From Protoeuglena noctilucae (lineage: Eukaryota), in the NCBI GenBank assembly GCA_958009085.1, contig OY253674.1, forward strand, positions 496,001-560,000: a stretch of DNA of 64,000 bases, read 5' to 3'. Shown here piece after piece: positions 25,901-40,300 of the stretch. Each line of letters opens with the position of its first letter. Within the stretch, counting starts at the first letter, position 1. The notes below the pieces were generated by a model. It saw only the letters and a program-made list of their open reading frames with translations, was not told where the DNA came from and ran no database searches. The position numbers were made by a program, and so were the translations under genes.

Positions 25901-28900
25901 TCGGCCCTGGGGCCCCCCGCCGCCGCCCCGCGCATCCGCATGTCGGCGGGGGAGGCCATGATGCAGCCGCCCGCCAGCTTCCGTCCGTCGGGCATGGAGC
26001 GCACCGCCCGGCACTCGCTGGAAGGTGGGCCCGGGCCGCAATCCCTGTACAAGGACGGCGCGGCGCACGACGGGAGGCGACGGACGATGGAGGGCGACGC
26101 TCGTCGGCGTTCCATGGAGGAGGGGCACCTCGGGAGCTTGTACGAGTCGACGGCCGGCAGCAAGCGACGCTCGATGGGCCGCGTCGGGCCGATGGGCTCC
26201 GTCAACCGGGCGGGCATGGGTGGGTCGCCGCCCGCGAGCCAGCGCAGGTCCACGGGGCGCTTCTCGACCATGATGGACTCGAACGTGCCGCAATTCGCGT
26301 CGCCCCGGGAGGTGGAGGTGGTGGCGCGGTGCATGCGCATCCGGGACGAGTTCGGGAACCTGGTGGAGGAGTGGGTGCAGGCCGCGGAGCGCGTCATGGC
26401 GGCGGGGCTGCGTCAGTTCCCCGACGACCCCCAACTGCGGCTCTTCGTAAGCCACTACCTGCTCCACGTGAAGAAGAACCCGGCCAAGTCGAGCGCGCAG
26501 CTCAAGATCGCGCGGAACCTGCCCATGTCGCTCGGACTGCGCTTCCAGATCTTCTGCCGCGATCGGGAGGCGACGCAGGCGGGCGGCGGGGGCGGCCTTT
26601 CCTCTGAGGGCGCCATGGACCTCGTCGCGTACGTGGAGTTCAGCAACAACTTCAAGGCCGTGCAGAAGAGCCACACGCAGGCGTTGCGCGTGACGAGGGA
26701 GGTGAGGGCAGCGCCACTGCGATGGCCAACTCGCCCGGCATGTGCGCCGATCCTGCCACCGCTGCAGCCGTGCCGCTGTGGCGGCAGCCTCGTGAGCGCG
26801 GATACTAGCGTCTGCGACCCCGGCCGCAGTTCTGGCGCCGCCTGATGGTCCCTGGCGCGACCTTCGACTCCCTCACCGACCTGGTCAACAAAGCTGCGGC
26901 TGCCAAGCACTCCGCCGAGTCCATCTTCCGGGCCATGCTGCAGCAGCACCCGCGGAACGTCAAGCTCCTGCGCGCTTACGGGCGCTTCGTCGGGGAGGTC
27001 GCCAACAACCCCTGGCGCGCGGCACGCCAGTTTGAGATGGCAGACCGGATCGAGGACGCCCAGGCGCAGGTGCGGGGGGGGCGCGGGGCTGTTGATCCTG
27101 TACCCGCACTCGCGTCTGTCACTGTGGATACCTGGGTGCTTTATATGCTGTGGAAATGGGATGGTTCAGCGACTGCTGCGTAAGCTCTTGCTGCCCTAAA
27201 AGCATCATCATCCCTCTTCTCCTGCGCCCAGGCCCGGCGGGAGAAGCTGATGAACGACATGTCGACGCGCAACGCGGGCCTGCAGCCGTCCAACAGCCTC
27301 GTGGCGGCCCAGTCCTCCTTGGCGCGGTCTTTGGACGGCGGTGGCAAGGGCGGCGGCGCCAGTCTCTTCAGCCAAGAGAACGGGGGGTCGGCGCAGCTGG
27401 ACGGGGTCCTAGAGGCCGGGCACGTGGACGACGCGCGTGACTCCGTGATCGTGATTAACGAGAACGGCATCATCCTGATGACGAACCGCCTCTTCAACCG
27501 CATGTTTGGGTGAGCCTCGCGAAGCCGGCGGCGCACGGAGTTCTTGCGGCTTTTCCGTCCCTGCGTCGCTGCCGATATGCAGGCCCTCACAGACACCCTG
27601 GTCAACTCAGTCACCGCGGCAACCGTCGCCTGTGCGCCGCCCGCAGATACAAGATGGGGGAGTTGGAGGGGCTGAACGTGTCGTCGCTGATGCCGCAGCC
27701 CTTCAGCGCCATGCATAACTCCTTCCTCCGCAACTTCAAGAACTCTGGGGAGGCGCACGTGATGGGCATGTCCCGGGAGGTGGTGGGGCAGTCGAAGGAC
27801 CGCCTTGTGTTCCCCATCAACCTCCTGGTCACGAGGCTGGTGCAGAGCGACGGGACGGTGCAGTTCATGGGCGTCATCAAGAGCAAGCGCCCCGAGCCGG
27901 GCGTCGGAGAGATCTGGGTCGGCAGCTCTGGCACCATCCTGTGCGCTAGCGCGGGCTTCCAGGACATCTTTGGGTGGACCTCCAAGGAGCTCACGGGCCA
28001 GAACATCGACTCCGTATCCGCCAAGGTGACTTTGCGAGGGTTCGGTGACGCTTAGGGCTGCCCAGCCAGCCTTGAGATAGCGCCGGCGATAGATGCATCG
28101 GTCGCAAGGTTGGCTGACTGCAGTTCGCCTGGCGTGACTGCAGAAGGGCATCCTGCACGCCGAGTTCACCGCGGCCATGGACGCGGTCCTGCAACTGGAC
28201 GAGGAGAACATGGAGGCCGCGGCGGACGGCCAGCCGCCACCCAACACCGAGGCGGAGTTTGCCAAGGTCGCGTTTGAGTGCTCGATCCGGCACAAGTGGT
28301 CGCGGGCGGCCGTGGCCACCTCCTGGAAAGTGGTGCCTTGCAGCACGCCCTACTACCGCATCCTGCGCCTCGTGGGCACCCCCGAGCAGGGCAAGGGCGC
28401 GGGGTGCATCGTGATTGACACCGACAGCAAGGCGGTCTACGCCTCCCCCGCCGTCGAGACCGAGCTCGGCTACTCGACCAGCGAGATGGCGACGCGCGGG
28501 ATCACGCTCGACCGGCTCATCCCGGGCGCCACGGCTGGCCTGCACGGGATGCTGCTGAAGGGCTTTCTTCGCCGGCGCACCGTGCCGAGCCAAGACGTCC
28601 CCTGCTTCAACAACCACGTCGTGTCGCTCGTCTCGAAGAAGAAGACCCTGGTGCCTTTCCGCATGGCGTGGCGCAACCAGCGGGAGGGAGAGGACGTGAG
28701 TGGAAAGACATGTGGGGTGTCGGTACCATGGACCACCATGTGGGGTCTTGTGCTGCCTATCTCGCGTCGTTTGCAGACATGCCGCCCGCCATGCGTCTCT
28801 CTAGCCCATCTTGCGTCTCCCTGGCCCGCACTAGCCGCCCTCGCTACCCTCAGCACTGCACTGTGAGCGGTGATTCGTATTTCATCCATCGCGTCTGCCC

Positions 28901-31900
28901 TGCCACGCTCCCAGGTGCTCTTCGTGGTGTCTCTGACACCGGCGTCACACGGCGGCAAGGACGGCAGCCACCCGTGGGGCCTTGACGACGCGGGGAGCGT
29001 GCCAGACCGGCAGACGTGCCTGCGACTCCTCGTGTCCCATGACGGAGAGGTGGTGGCTGCCGCGGATGGCCTGGGGTTTGATCCCAAGGGAGAGACGGGT
29101 GAGAGCCATGAGCATCAATCAGCAAAGAGGGTCCTGTCGATACAACGGATTGATGAAAGCCCCGTCGATGCATCGAGCTCAATCAGTGGCTCAACACCGG
29201 CAAGCGTTGACCTGCAACTGCCTCACACCCTTCGCTGACAGTGCAGATCCACTCTGATCTCACACTAATTACACTGTTGTCGTCTATGCATCGCTGCACT
29301 GCCTGCCGTCCCCCGCAGGCTCCGTGTTTGGCATCGAGGGCGCTTCCCTGGTGGGGACGACGCTGGACCTGGTCGTCGAAATCATGGACGCCGTGGTGAA
29401 GAACACGTCCAAGTACAACGCATCGGTCGACTCCCGGGGCGTTATGCGCATGTTCCTGCGCAGGCTGGCCGAGAAGCACACCGAGATGGGGTGCGTGTCG
29501 TACCGGTCTGGCATCTACTGCCCCCCCGAGGAGGCCGGGCGGCCGCCGACGGTCGTCCCGGGGCGCATCGTGGTGGTCCCCGCCGACGTCTACGGCCTCA
29601 ACCTGTCGGCGATGGAGCAGGCGGGGCTGCTGAGCAAGCGCGCGGCGGCCGAGGCACGCAAGGGGCGGTCGTACGTCGTCGAGTGCTGGAGCGCCAACTG
29701 GCTCTCGGGCGACGTGACGGCCGCAGCGGACGGGACCGTCCGCTCCGTGGACCACCGCCTGGGGCTCATCACGGGCCGCCCCGACGGGGAGCTCCTGGGT
29801 CGCACCCTGCAGGACCTCTTCGTGTCCCGAGGTCCCATGGAGGCCGTCATGGCGGAGCTGCGGAGGGGCGGGGAGCGTCTCGCGCTGGACATGGTGCACT
29901 TCGACGGCAGCGCCATCTCGTGCAGCGTCACGGGCATCCAGAGCATCAAGGGCCGCAAGGCACTCCATGTCATAGTGCGGAGCTTGCCCGAGGAAGCCCA
30001 GCCGACCGGCGAGGCCCTGCGGCGCGTCGAGACGCTCATGATGCGCTTCGAGGAGGACCAGGCCCGGGCCGCCGCGCTGGGCCACGCACCCAGCGAGGCG
30101 GGGAGCCGGGCGGGAGGGCTCCTATCCCCGCGCACCCCTCGGGGCGGCCCCGAGGGCGGCAGCCTGACCCGGGGGGCAGAGGCGGAGCGGACAGGGGCGT
30201 CTGCCGGCCCTACGCCTCGTTCCAGGGCCAACTCGATCGGGCGGGGTCTGGTCAGCCCGGGGCGGCGCAAGTCGCATGGCGTGCCACCCCCGCATTCGCC
30301 GCGTGTGGGGACGCCGCGAACAGGAACGCCGACGCGCGGCCGGGCGCCGTCCGGACACTCGCCCGGCCCGACCCGCCGCCCCACGGACGAGGACCAGGAC
30401 GGGGCGGGTGGGCGCAGGGCGTCCACGAGCATGGCGGCCCGTGCCATGGCCCAGGCGGCGCAAGCCCCACCCTCGCCCTCCGGCGTGGCCGCGGCGCTGA
30501 GCAAGGGTCTCTCGGGGCTGCCGGGCGCACCACTGCCCGGGAAATGTGACTCCGGCAGGACAGTGTCCATCGACGTGGGAGCCGCGATGGCTCGGACGTC
30601 CGTTCGGTCGACGGACCCCGCGGGGCCGGGAGAGGCGCCGACGAGCGCGAGTGGGCGCATGATACCTCTCGATCGCTCGGGCGTCGCGGCCCCCGGGTCC
30701 CCACCCGCACCCGGGGCCGATGCGGCTGCAGCCATGCCACCGCCGCTGGCACCCAACGCAGCCCACGCAGTGCTGGGCAGGACTCTGTCCCGCAAGATCT
30801 CGTTCCGAGGCTCCATGGGGTACGGCTTCGAGCCAAAAGAGCTCAAGGCTGTGCAGGAGGCTGCCAAGTTGATATCCAAGGATGCCGATGGCACTGAGCT
30901 GCCTGCGCCCAAGGGCTCCCCACCTGCCAAAGGCTCTGCCGGGGTTCCGGACGCGAAGGAGAAGGAGGGCGAGAGCACGGAGTCGGAGAGCGAGGCGGAG
31001 GGCGACGCTGAGACGGAGCCCGAGTCGGTGCAGGGTGCGACGGTGGCTGAGACGCACGTGCGGGGGCGCGCGGTAGCGGCGGCGCAGGAGAGCGAAGAGG
31101 AGGGGTGGGTGGACAAGGACACCCACGTGCAATCGGAGGGGTTCCTGCGAGCCGAGCGATTCCAGCGGCTTCACCGCCTGCTGCGGGGCGCGCGCGTGGC
31201 GACCATGGGCAAGGCGCTCGCCCGGCGGAGCCTCGCGCTGGTCGTGGTGGCGATCGCCGTCCACGCCGCGCTCTTCGCCTTCTTCGTCAGCAGGTGGGGG
31301 CTGGCCCGTGGGAAGCGTTTGTGCTGTGCCGCGCCGTGTCTCACCACCGCATGGGCCACTACTCCTAGCCACTCGCCCGCGCCGCTCTCGCGTGCAGCCT
31401 TAGATCGCCTGTGAACGCCCTGCTTCCCTGCTTGCAGGGTCACGGCCCAGTACAGCAGCGTCTCGTTGGCGGGGTTTGCGGAGGAGACCACGTCGTTGCC
31501 GGTGATGATGTCCGTCGAGGCGACCATCCTGCAGGACTACCACGACGGGGGCGCGTGGTCCACGGTGAGGCTGGCGACGGCTGTCTGGGCTCGCGACTGG
31601 CACCTTGCCGTACCTGTCCTGTGCCCCACGCAACGCAATATGAGTCGTGGCACGCTTGCAGGTGCTGAACTCGGACGCCGGCGTGCGGAGCGAGCTGACG
31701 CGGTACGCGAGGCATCTGGAGCTGGCGCAGGACACGTACATCCACCACGGCATGGCGGACGCGCGGAGCGGCGGGGGCGAGGTGCCCGTCGTCGAATTCC
31801 TCGACAACGGCGACAACGTGACGACGACGCGGGGCCTGTTCCCGGCAATGGAGGACGCGGTGCAGCGCGCCATGCTGCTGGCCAGCGACATGGCCGTGAG

Positions 31901-33719
31901 CGCGGCGGGACCGGCGGACGCCCGGGTGCGCTATCTCCTGGCCAACGCGGCGCCCGTGATCGCCCCGGCGATGGGCCTGAACGCCGTATCGGACGGCGAC
32001 CGGGCGATGGCCGGGCTCCACTCGCTGGCGCGCAGCGCCGTGACGATCGCCCTGGTCCATGCGCTGTTGGTGGTGCCGCTGTGCGTGATCGTCCTCGCGG
32101 GCATGATCGTCGAGCTCAACCGGGCCCGCTCCACCCTCTTCTCCCTCTTCTTCGCCGTCCCTCGCTCGGTCATCGCTTTCCTGGCGACCCGGGACGTGCA
32201 AGTCGAGGGCGCCGAGCAGGACGAGGCCGCCAAGATGGCCGACTCCCACTGGGAGCACGGCGTGCTGACCGACGCGGACGCGAAGGCCGCGGAGGGCATC
32301 CGGCAGGACGCCAAGTCCTACCTGCAGAACGTGCGGCTGGAGGGCAGCTCGGCGGGCGACGAGTTCCGCGCCCACAGCGCCCGGCAGATCCTGGTCCTCG
32401 TCGCGCCCCTCCTCGCGCTCTCCGCGCTCCTCCTTGGAACCCACCTTGCGTGCTTCGGGCTCCTCACCTCGGCCTTCGACCCGGCCGTCAACTACCTGGT
32501 GGTCCAGCGCACCTACGCGGTGCACGCCGAGCTCCTCGCCTCCGCGAACGACTTCGCCGTGAGCCAGGGCGCGGCGGACGCGGGGAAGAGCCTCGTGGAC
32601 GAAGCGAGCGCGCTGGACGGCCTCTGGCAGGCCCTGCTGTTCGGGACGTCCCAGCCTGTGCCGGGCGTCGGGGGCGGCCGGCGCGTGCCCGGCCAGATCC
32701 ACAACAACCCGCAGCTGTCGCAGGTCATGTACACGTCCGAGTGCCTCCGCACGACCGCGATGGGTGAGAGCGCGCGCCTGCGGGGAGCACGTTGGGGAGA
32801 GAGCTGGAGGGCGTGCCGTGACATGTTCTGACGGCCGTCTGACGTTATCTGATCTTCCCGGTTCTCCCAGGCGACGACCCGGAGCAGGCGACGTGCATTC
32901 AGTCGGGGAGCGACCTATACACGCAGACGCACAACGGGCTCGAGCTCCTGATGCGGTACACTCTGTCCTCTGCCCGGCAGCTGGCCGGGTACGCGTTCGA
33001 TCCCAGCCAGCCCGCCGGCCTGGTGCAGTCTGCGGAGTTCCAGCTGCTGTGGATGACCAAGGCGGACATGCAGGCGGGCCTGTGGAGGATCGCGCAGGTG
33101 CTGGAGGCGTCAGTCACGATGCGCATCGGCGGCGTCGTGATCCTGGAAGTGGTGGCCCTGGTGGTCGCGGTCGTGATCACTGGGATGTACGTCAAGCTCC
33201 TCAAGCCCTACATCAGCAAGGCGTGCATCGAGGTCGAGCGGGCGGCCGACCTCTTGGCGCAGGCGAGAAGCGGGAGGGCCGTGCGGCGTTAGGAAGCGCG
33301 CGTGCCGCATCGCCTTCTCGTCATGCCCAGTCCGTCCCTGCACGCAGCTCCCGGTCGTGTTGCCGGTCGAGGACTTTGTCTCCAAAGCCATGGACGCCCA
33401 GTCGGACATGGATGTCTTCCACAACGCCCACTGGACGGAGCGGCTGTCGTCCGCGGCCGGGTCCGTCCTGCTGCGCTGCATCCTGGGCTCCCGCGCCAAG
33501 GTCATGCTCTCGCTGGAGGAGCAGTACATGCGTGAGCAGGCACGCGAGCGGCGGCGCCTCGAGCGCGAGGAGGACGTCGTGGGCGTCGTGAGGCCGTCGT
33601 TCCAGGCGGTGGGGAGGACGGCCGCCGCCGCATTGAGCCTGAAGGCCGCCGCAGCGGGGCGGGGCGAGGGCAAGGCGCCCTCTCTCACGCGCGGCAAGCC
33701 CTCTTCGATGCGGCGCTAG
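22949..33719 (+). CDS. Large multi-pass membrane protein with TPR-like region and PAS domains (TmcB/TmcC-like, FXL-like), copy 1
   Basis: N-terminal TM block (ALFGVMYTLLKEK...), LVAYVEF...FWRRL, HPRNVKLLRAYGRF, PAS DSVIVINENGII...MFG|YKMGELEGLNVSSLMPQPFSAMHNSFL, further degenerate PAS repeats, a disordered linker, then C-terminal TM pairs. About 20 introns; start inferred from splice phase. Confidence 0.85.
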
Positions 33720-34342
33720 GTTTCCTAGTTTCTACTCTCCCTCCCCTTCTATTTCTTCCACATAACGCCAGCATCAATCAGTTCTGATGCCTAAATCCTG
33801 ATTTCTTGTCGATGCATTGAACTGGGACGAAGGATAGTTCGCCAGCGGCCCCGGCACCTTGCCGCGCTGTTTGCTGCCGCGTTCAGCGTAAGACGGGCTT
33901 GCCAGATTGGCCAGCACGCAAGCGATGGAGTTATCTCGCATCTGAGCTGGTGGATGAAGACGCTGGCCGCCACTTTGCCGGGACTCGGCGGTATGACCTG
34001 GGAGAACGGGGGCAAATGCGAACGTGCCGCGCGATGCGATCATTTTGCCGCCACTGTTTGCTCACACAGACGTGCTACTCGTCTGCCGCGCACTCAGCTG
34101 CGAAAGTGATACTACGCGGGTCAACGCATCCTCGCCGCGCAGCTGCTCGCGAGAGATAGACGCTGTTCTGATTGCTGGTTACAAAAGCTCGCGCTGATGC
34201 GGCTGGCAAGGTCGCGTAGAGACCCTTCGACCTCGCCCGCGAGACCGGCGTCTACTCGCCCTCCCTGCACATAACTGGACTCTACTGAGGACAAGGACGT
34301 GTTTCGGGGCGTGGCGCCCCGCGCGCACGCGTGCGTGCCACG

Positions 34343-37300
34343 ATGGCTGAGGCGAACGCCCGCGACTACCCCGACAGTGACTCGTCGTCCCATGACAGGT
34401 GCCGCCTGAACTGCGGGAACGCGCCTCTGTGCGGCTGCGCTTGGTATGAGGCCGGGGGCTCGCAAACCAGGCCCCGCATGCACGTGCAGGTCGTCCCACT
34501 CCCACGGGAGCGCCGACGACTCGGGGTTCGGGGCTTCGTCCAGCAGGAAGTCGAGCGTGGGGGAGGGACTGGACCACTTGCACCGCCCCGCCCTCGCGGA
34601 CCGGCTGTTTGGGTACCTCTCCGTTGCCCCTCGCCTCCGGTATGAGAACTCCTGGAAGCTGCAGGTGCGCCGGCGGGCCGCGGCCTCCACGCGCAGACTT
34701 CTGTCCTGCTCCGCCAACTGGATGGCCCTCTAGACGCGAGCGCGGTGAGCCTCGTTGCCGCACCGCAGGGGCTCATCCTGGTGTACCTCTACGTCTTCCT
34801 CGCGGTGTATTCCGTGCACCCGACGTGGAAGTACAAATGGGGATGGGACAACCCCGTCGGGCGATGGGCGCTGCGCTTGCAAGGGCACGGGTGGGCCACC
34901 GTCTCGGGCTCCACTGCTGTGCTGGTGAGGATCCGCGGCCGGCGGCCTGCGGACGCTCCAGGCGACATCGCAAGGCTGCGTGCGCCGCGTCGTTATGCGA
35001 CGCACCTCACACGCTACGTTTCGCGCAGCAAGGGCTCACGCTGAGCGCGTTGGCTCTGACCGTCTTCCAAGCGTGCGTGGCCCTCTACCTCTTCCTGGTC
35101 GGCAAGGGCCTGGTTCGAAGCTTCCGCGGGGCAAAAACGATTGCGCGGCTCGTGGAGGTCTTCTACTTCAAGCTGTTCGGGTGACGATGCATGCCGCCGG
35201 GCGTATGCCTCCTTGCCACGCCACGCGCCTCACCATGCCTCTCTCTTACCAACTCCCCTCGCCTCCCGCAGCCTCCCGGCCCTGGGCGTGCTGCTGGCCC
35301 CCATGTCCTGCGACACCAAGGGCATCCTGACGGGCGTCAAGGGTAACAACGTCTTCCTCCCGGACGTCTCCTGCTCCGACCCCAGCCTGCGCCTCCTCGG
35401 CTACGCCGGGCTCATCGTCGGACTCGTCATCCACCTCCCGCTCTACCTCATGCTGACGCTCAAGGAGGTCGAGGTCAATCCCCTCACCTCCGTCGCCTTC
35501 GCCTCCGGGTCCTTCCTCGCCGTCGCCCGCATCGAATTCCTCAGAGTCCTGGCGCTGGTGAGACCAGCTGCGGGGGCAGCCTGGGTGTCGCGCTGCCATG
35601 TCAGTGCCGTTGGGAGTGACGAATGGTCGACGATGCACTGACTCACATCAGACGCCTGGCGCGCCCGCAGGTGCTGTTCCACCTCGCCCGGGGGGCGCAG
35701 CCGACCGTCTTCGGCATCATCATCTCCGCCATCTGGCTGTGGATCGTCTACGTCAACCTGGTCCGCCTGCCCCACCTGGGCCACGCCCACTCGGTCTTCC
35801 GAGTTGCCTGCGAGTGCGCCCTCTGCTGGGCGTTCCTCGCCTCGGCCTTCACCGTCGCCGGCGTCGACGGCCGCGCGCCGCTCGCCGTCGGCGCCGCGGT
35901 CGCGGCCGTGGCTGGGGCTTTCTGGGCGCGCCGCCGCATCCGCAACGAGGTGGCCGTCATCGCCAAATTTTACGAGCTGAAGCCCGTCCTCGGCATGACG
36001 ACCAAGCGCGTCCACAAATTCTGGGACGGAGAAGAGCCCGAGGCGAGTGTCACCCCGACCGCTGCCACACGCGGCACTCGCCCCGCACGCCTCGCTTGGC
36101 CTGCTTGGGACTTGTGAAGTCCTTCCCTCCTTGGGAAACGCGCTCCAACTCGCTTCCCTGGCCTTGTGATGTGACATGCCGTACCCGTGGAACTCACTCA
36201 CTCTTCCCTCGCTCCCCTGTCCGTGCAGCTCCTCGTGCGCATGCTCCGCCAGGGGCTGACCCCCGTGCCCTGCACAGAGGAGGAGATCAGCGGCTGCTCC
36301 GCGGCCGTGTCCCACGCCTTAACGCACTTCACCGAGAATCCGGAGGCCGTGGTGGCCATGGCGTGCCTCCAGGCGTTCTTTGAGGGCGACATCCAGGGCG
36401 CCCACTCGTCCATCCAGAAGGCGCGGAGTGGCCACAAGATTCCCACGGTGCGTGGCAAGCCTGCGCACGTATTACTTGTGCGCACCTGCCATGCACGGCC
36501 GGCCCTGCTCTTCCCACGCATGCCTGGTCAGCCAGTCGCTTGCTGTGACACTCTGTGACACTCTCGACGCTCGTCTCTCCCGCAGACGCTGAAACTGGGG
36601 ATCCTGTTCATGGACATGGAGGTGCGCTACAAGCAGAAGACGGAGAGCGGGGAGGGCCTCGACTGGGCCTCGTACGTCGAGCTGCAGATGAATTTGCAGT
36701 CGCTGCTGGAGGTGCACAGGTGACGAGCGGTCCGCTAACGACGCGCGCGATGGCCTAGCGAGGCGCAGCGTGCAGAGCAGGCGCGTCGGGTCCCTCTTGA
36801 TGCGAAAGTCTGGGCGTTGTTATGTTGCGATTCGCAGGCGGGCTGCGGACGCACCAAGGGAGGCGTTCAAGGTGCTGGCGGGCGTGGATATCGGCCTGGA
36901 CGATATCTCTCGGTCCCTCCATCGCATGGAGCGCTGCGGGGACCGCGCGGAGGCGGCCTACCGCGATCTCCTCAAGACGCACCCGGACTACCCCAGGCTC
37001 CTCCAGGCGAGTTCGGGAGAAGGCTCTCTGCGCGTGACTCTGCGGTCAGGACGAAGTACGTCTCACAAAGATGCTCTTTGTTCCTTGAACAGGGGCGGGG
37101 CTGCAGGTGGCGAGAGCAGGGGGCACGAGGGGCCGCTGTGGTTGGGGCTGACGTGCCTTCCCTTCCACTCCGCTTTTTCGCAGATGTACTCGCGATTCCA
37201 GGAGGAGGTGCAGGCGAACCTGTCCGTGTCGCAGCACTACCAGAAGCTGGCGGAGACGTACGAGGACAAGATGCGTGCCAAGGCGGAGCAGCTGGCAGGG

Positions 37301-40300
37301 CAGCAGGAGGACACAATGGTGCAGGGCCTCCACCAGAAGAAGCTGAGCAACATCGACGAGGCCAGGGACGCCGTGGTCGTCATATCCACGGACGGCAACA
37401 TCATCTTCGCCAACCGCAACCTGTGCGAGATGTTTGGGTGAGCGGCTGGGCCACGCTCGGCTGGGCCTGCCGCCCCTCGCAACGAGGTCGTTCCGCCCGT
37501 GCCTCACCCGCGCACGCGTGCCCGCCCCGCAGGTACGCGACGAAGGAGCTGGTGGGCACGAACGTGGCCAACTTGATGCCGGCGCCGTATAGCAACAACC
37601 ACGACCGGTACATGAAGGCGTACATCTCGACGGGGCAGGCGCGGGTGCTCAACACGGTGCGCGTGGTCATCGCCCTCCACAGCACGAAGGAGGTCTTCCC
37701 CGTGACCATCTGCATCACGAAGATCGCCCAGAGTGGCCACGACGCCTTCATGGGCGTGATGCGCAAGGTGGAGGACGACCTGAACGAAGCCAAGGCGTAT
37801 GTCACGCCGGAGGGGAGCTTCCTGCACATGACGCGCCCCTTCCCGGCGCTCCTCGGCTGGGCGCAGCCCGAGCTCGCGAGCCAGAGCCTGGACGCAGTGT
37901 TTGCAAACAAGGAGACGGCCACGACGGTCTTGCTCAAGGCGATCGAGGGCGGGGAGGTGGGGTACGTGCAGATGACGGCGCGGGCCAAGACGCGGACGGG
38001 GGAGGTGATGCCGGTGCAGGTCACGACGCACCTGTACGGCAGCGAGCACGCGCGCATCGTGGGCGTCACGCTGGCACGAACGTCGGACGACCGGGCCACG
38101 TCGCTCCTGTCGGTCGTGGGGCAGCTCCTGTCGCCCAACGCGCCGATGGAGAAGCTCACGGGGCACCGGGTCAACGCCCTACGGTCCATGACCCTCCCAG
38201 AGCTGCTCCAGGAGCCCCTGCGGTCGCTGCTGAAAGACCGACTCCACCGCAGCGCCGACGGCACAGGCCTCGCGTGGCTCAACGGCCGCGCCGTCAAGCT
38301 CGCGCACCAGATGGGCCGGCCCGTGCACTGCCGCCTCACGATTGCCCCGATTGAGGCCGCGAAGGAGACGGGCCCTGTTGCGGCTGGGGCCGTGGCGCGG
38401 CTGTTCGTCGAGGACCTCCCGGCGGATCAGTTCCGCCTCGAGAACACCATGGAGCTCCTGGTGGGCGCGGACGGGCGCCTGTCGCAGTGCAACACGCTGC
38501 CGTCGAGCTTCGGGTACGGCCCAGGCGACCTCACGGCAGCCCGCCTGGACCAGGTGCTAGCGATGCAGGTGGAGCCGGACGAGTTCCTCGCGGCGCTGGC
38601 CGGCGAGGAGCACGCCGCGGGGCCGCACGAGTGGTCGGACGGGTGCTTCTTGGCGACCGTGTCTGGGCCCACGGGCGGGCAGTTCGCCGCCCTGGTGCGG
38701 TGGCGCCCGGTGGACTACCCCGAGAACGCCCTGCACATGTCCGTCACGCGCATGGACCGCCTGGGTGTCCTGATCGAGACGGACGCCCAGATGAAGGTGC
38801 TGCACGTGGACGCCCCCCAGCCGCTGCTGGCCGAGGGCGACATCGCCGCCATGATCGGCAGGGACGTGGCGGAGTTCCTGCCGGCCGTGCCCCTCACGCG
38901 CGCCATGCTGGGCTTCGCGGAGGCGGGCGCGGAGGGGGCGGGGCCCATGGGCGCGCTGCTGCCGGACGGGATCGTGGTGGTGATGGGGCGACCCCTGCGG
39001 TGCTCCGTGCACGTGCTGCCCAAGCACGGCGCGCTCGGGCGGGCCACGCTGCACGTCGACCTGAGCGGCCTGCCCGTGCCCCTGCCCCTCGGGTCCAAGG
39101 CGTGGGCCGCGCCAGGGGACGTCGCGATGCCGGAGCCCAGCAACCCCAGCGAGGGTGGCGGGACGTCCCGCAACGCGTCGCAAAGGAGCCTCCGCGCGGG
39201 ACCGTCCCTCTTAGAGCGCCGGATCAGCCTGCGGGCCGCGCGCCTGTCCCAGGCGGCTGCGGCGGGTGACGCGGGGCTGCGAACGATCACGGAGGGGGAC
39301 CTACTGAGGGACTTGGAGGCGGCGGGCGATAACAGGGCCGCGGACGGCGCTGCGGAGAGGGACGCAGAGGCGGAGGCGGAGGCGGACGAGGACGCGTGGA
39401 AGCGCGGGGTGTCGTACAAGCGAACGCGCGACTGGGTGATGGCCGAGGGCAAGCCGGCCGTCCTGGACGACCTGCGGGAGGCCGTGGGGGAGCCAGAGCC
39501 GCGGCTGTCGTCCTCGGCCATCCGCCGGCTGCAGGGGTTCCTTCGGGGCCGCAGCCAGCGCACGATGAGGGACATGGCGGCCGCTGTCCGGCGCCAGGAG
39601 GGGGACGACGGGGAAGGTGAGGGCTTTGGGATAGATGGCGTCGCGTGGCATGATGTCGCTCCCATCGCAGGTTGTCGCTCTTGGTTGCTGGAAGCGCAGT
39701 GGGGGCGTGGGTCGCTCGTCGCTTGTAGATGCATGCTCGACGTGCTTGCGAGAATCGCAAGCGCAAGTTCGTTCTTTCCTCCCTCCTCCCCCCCAGGTTC
39801 GTCGAATTCGTCGGCGGCGTCGGGACAGAGCAGCGGGGCGCGGCTGACGCGGCAGGGGACGATGCGGTCCTTGCTGACCCGCCAGGACACGCTGCGCGGG
39901 GGCCTGGGACGCTTGAGGAGCATGATCCCGGGGATGGCCCTGCAGGAGGCGGTGGAGGAGGAAGGAGAGGCCAACGACGGTGCCGCCGATGCTGGGGACG
40001 ACGGGGCCGGGGCTGAGGGGGAGAGGGTGGCGAGTCGGGAGGAGCAGGCCGAGGTGAGGGCGAGACTTGAGCGCGTCCCTGTGGCAGCTTGCCTGTACAG
40101 TGTCGCCGTGGTGGGTCTGAGCGAATAGAGTGAGCTGAGAAGACTTGCTCTGCGCCGCAGGTGGCACCGCAGGCGGCCAAGGAGACCTGGGGAGGCCCAG
40201 CGGATGGGTTAGAAGCGACACGCGGGCTATCCATCGGGTGAGGTCTCGCTGAGCAGCGAGTGGCTTGTTAGGCGATGCTCACAGCAGCACACCGCAGCTG

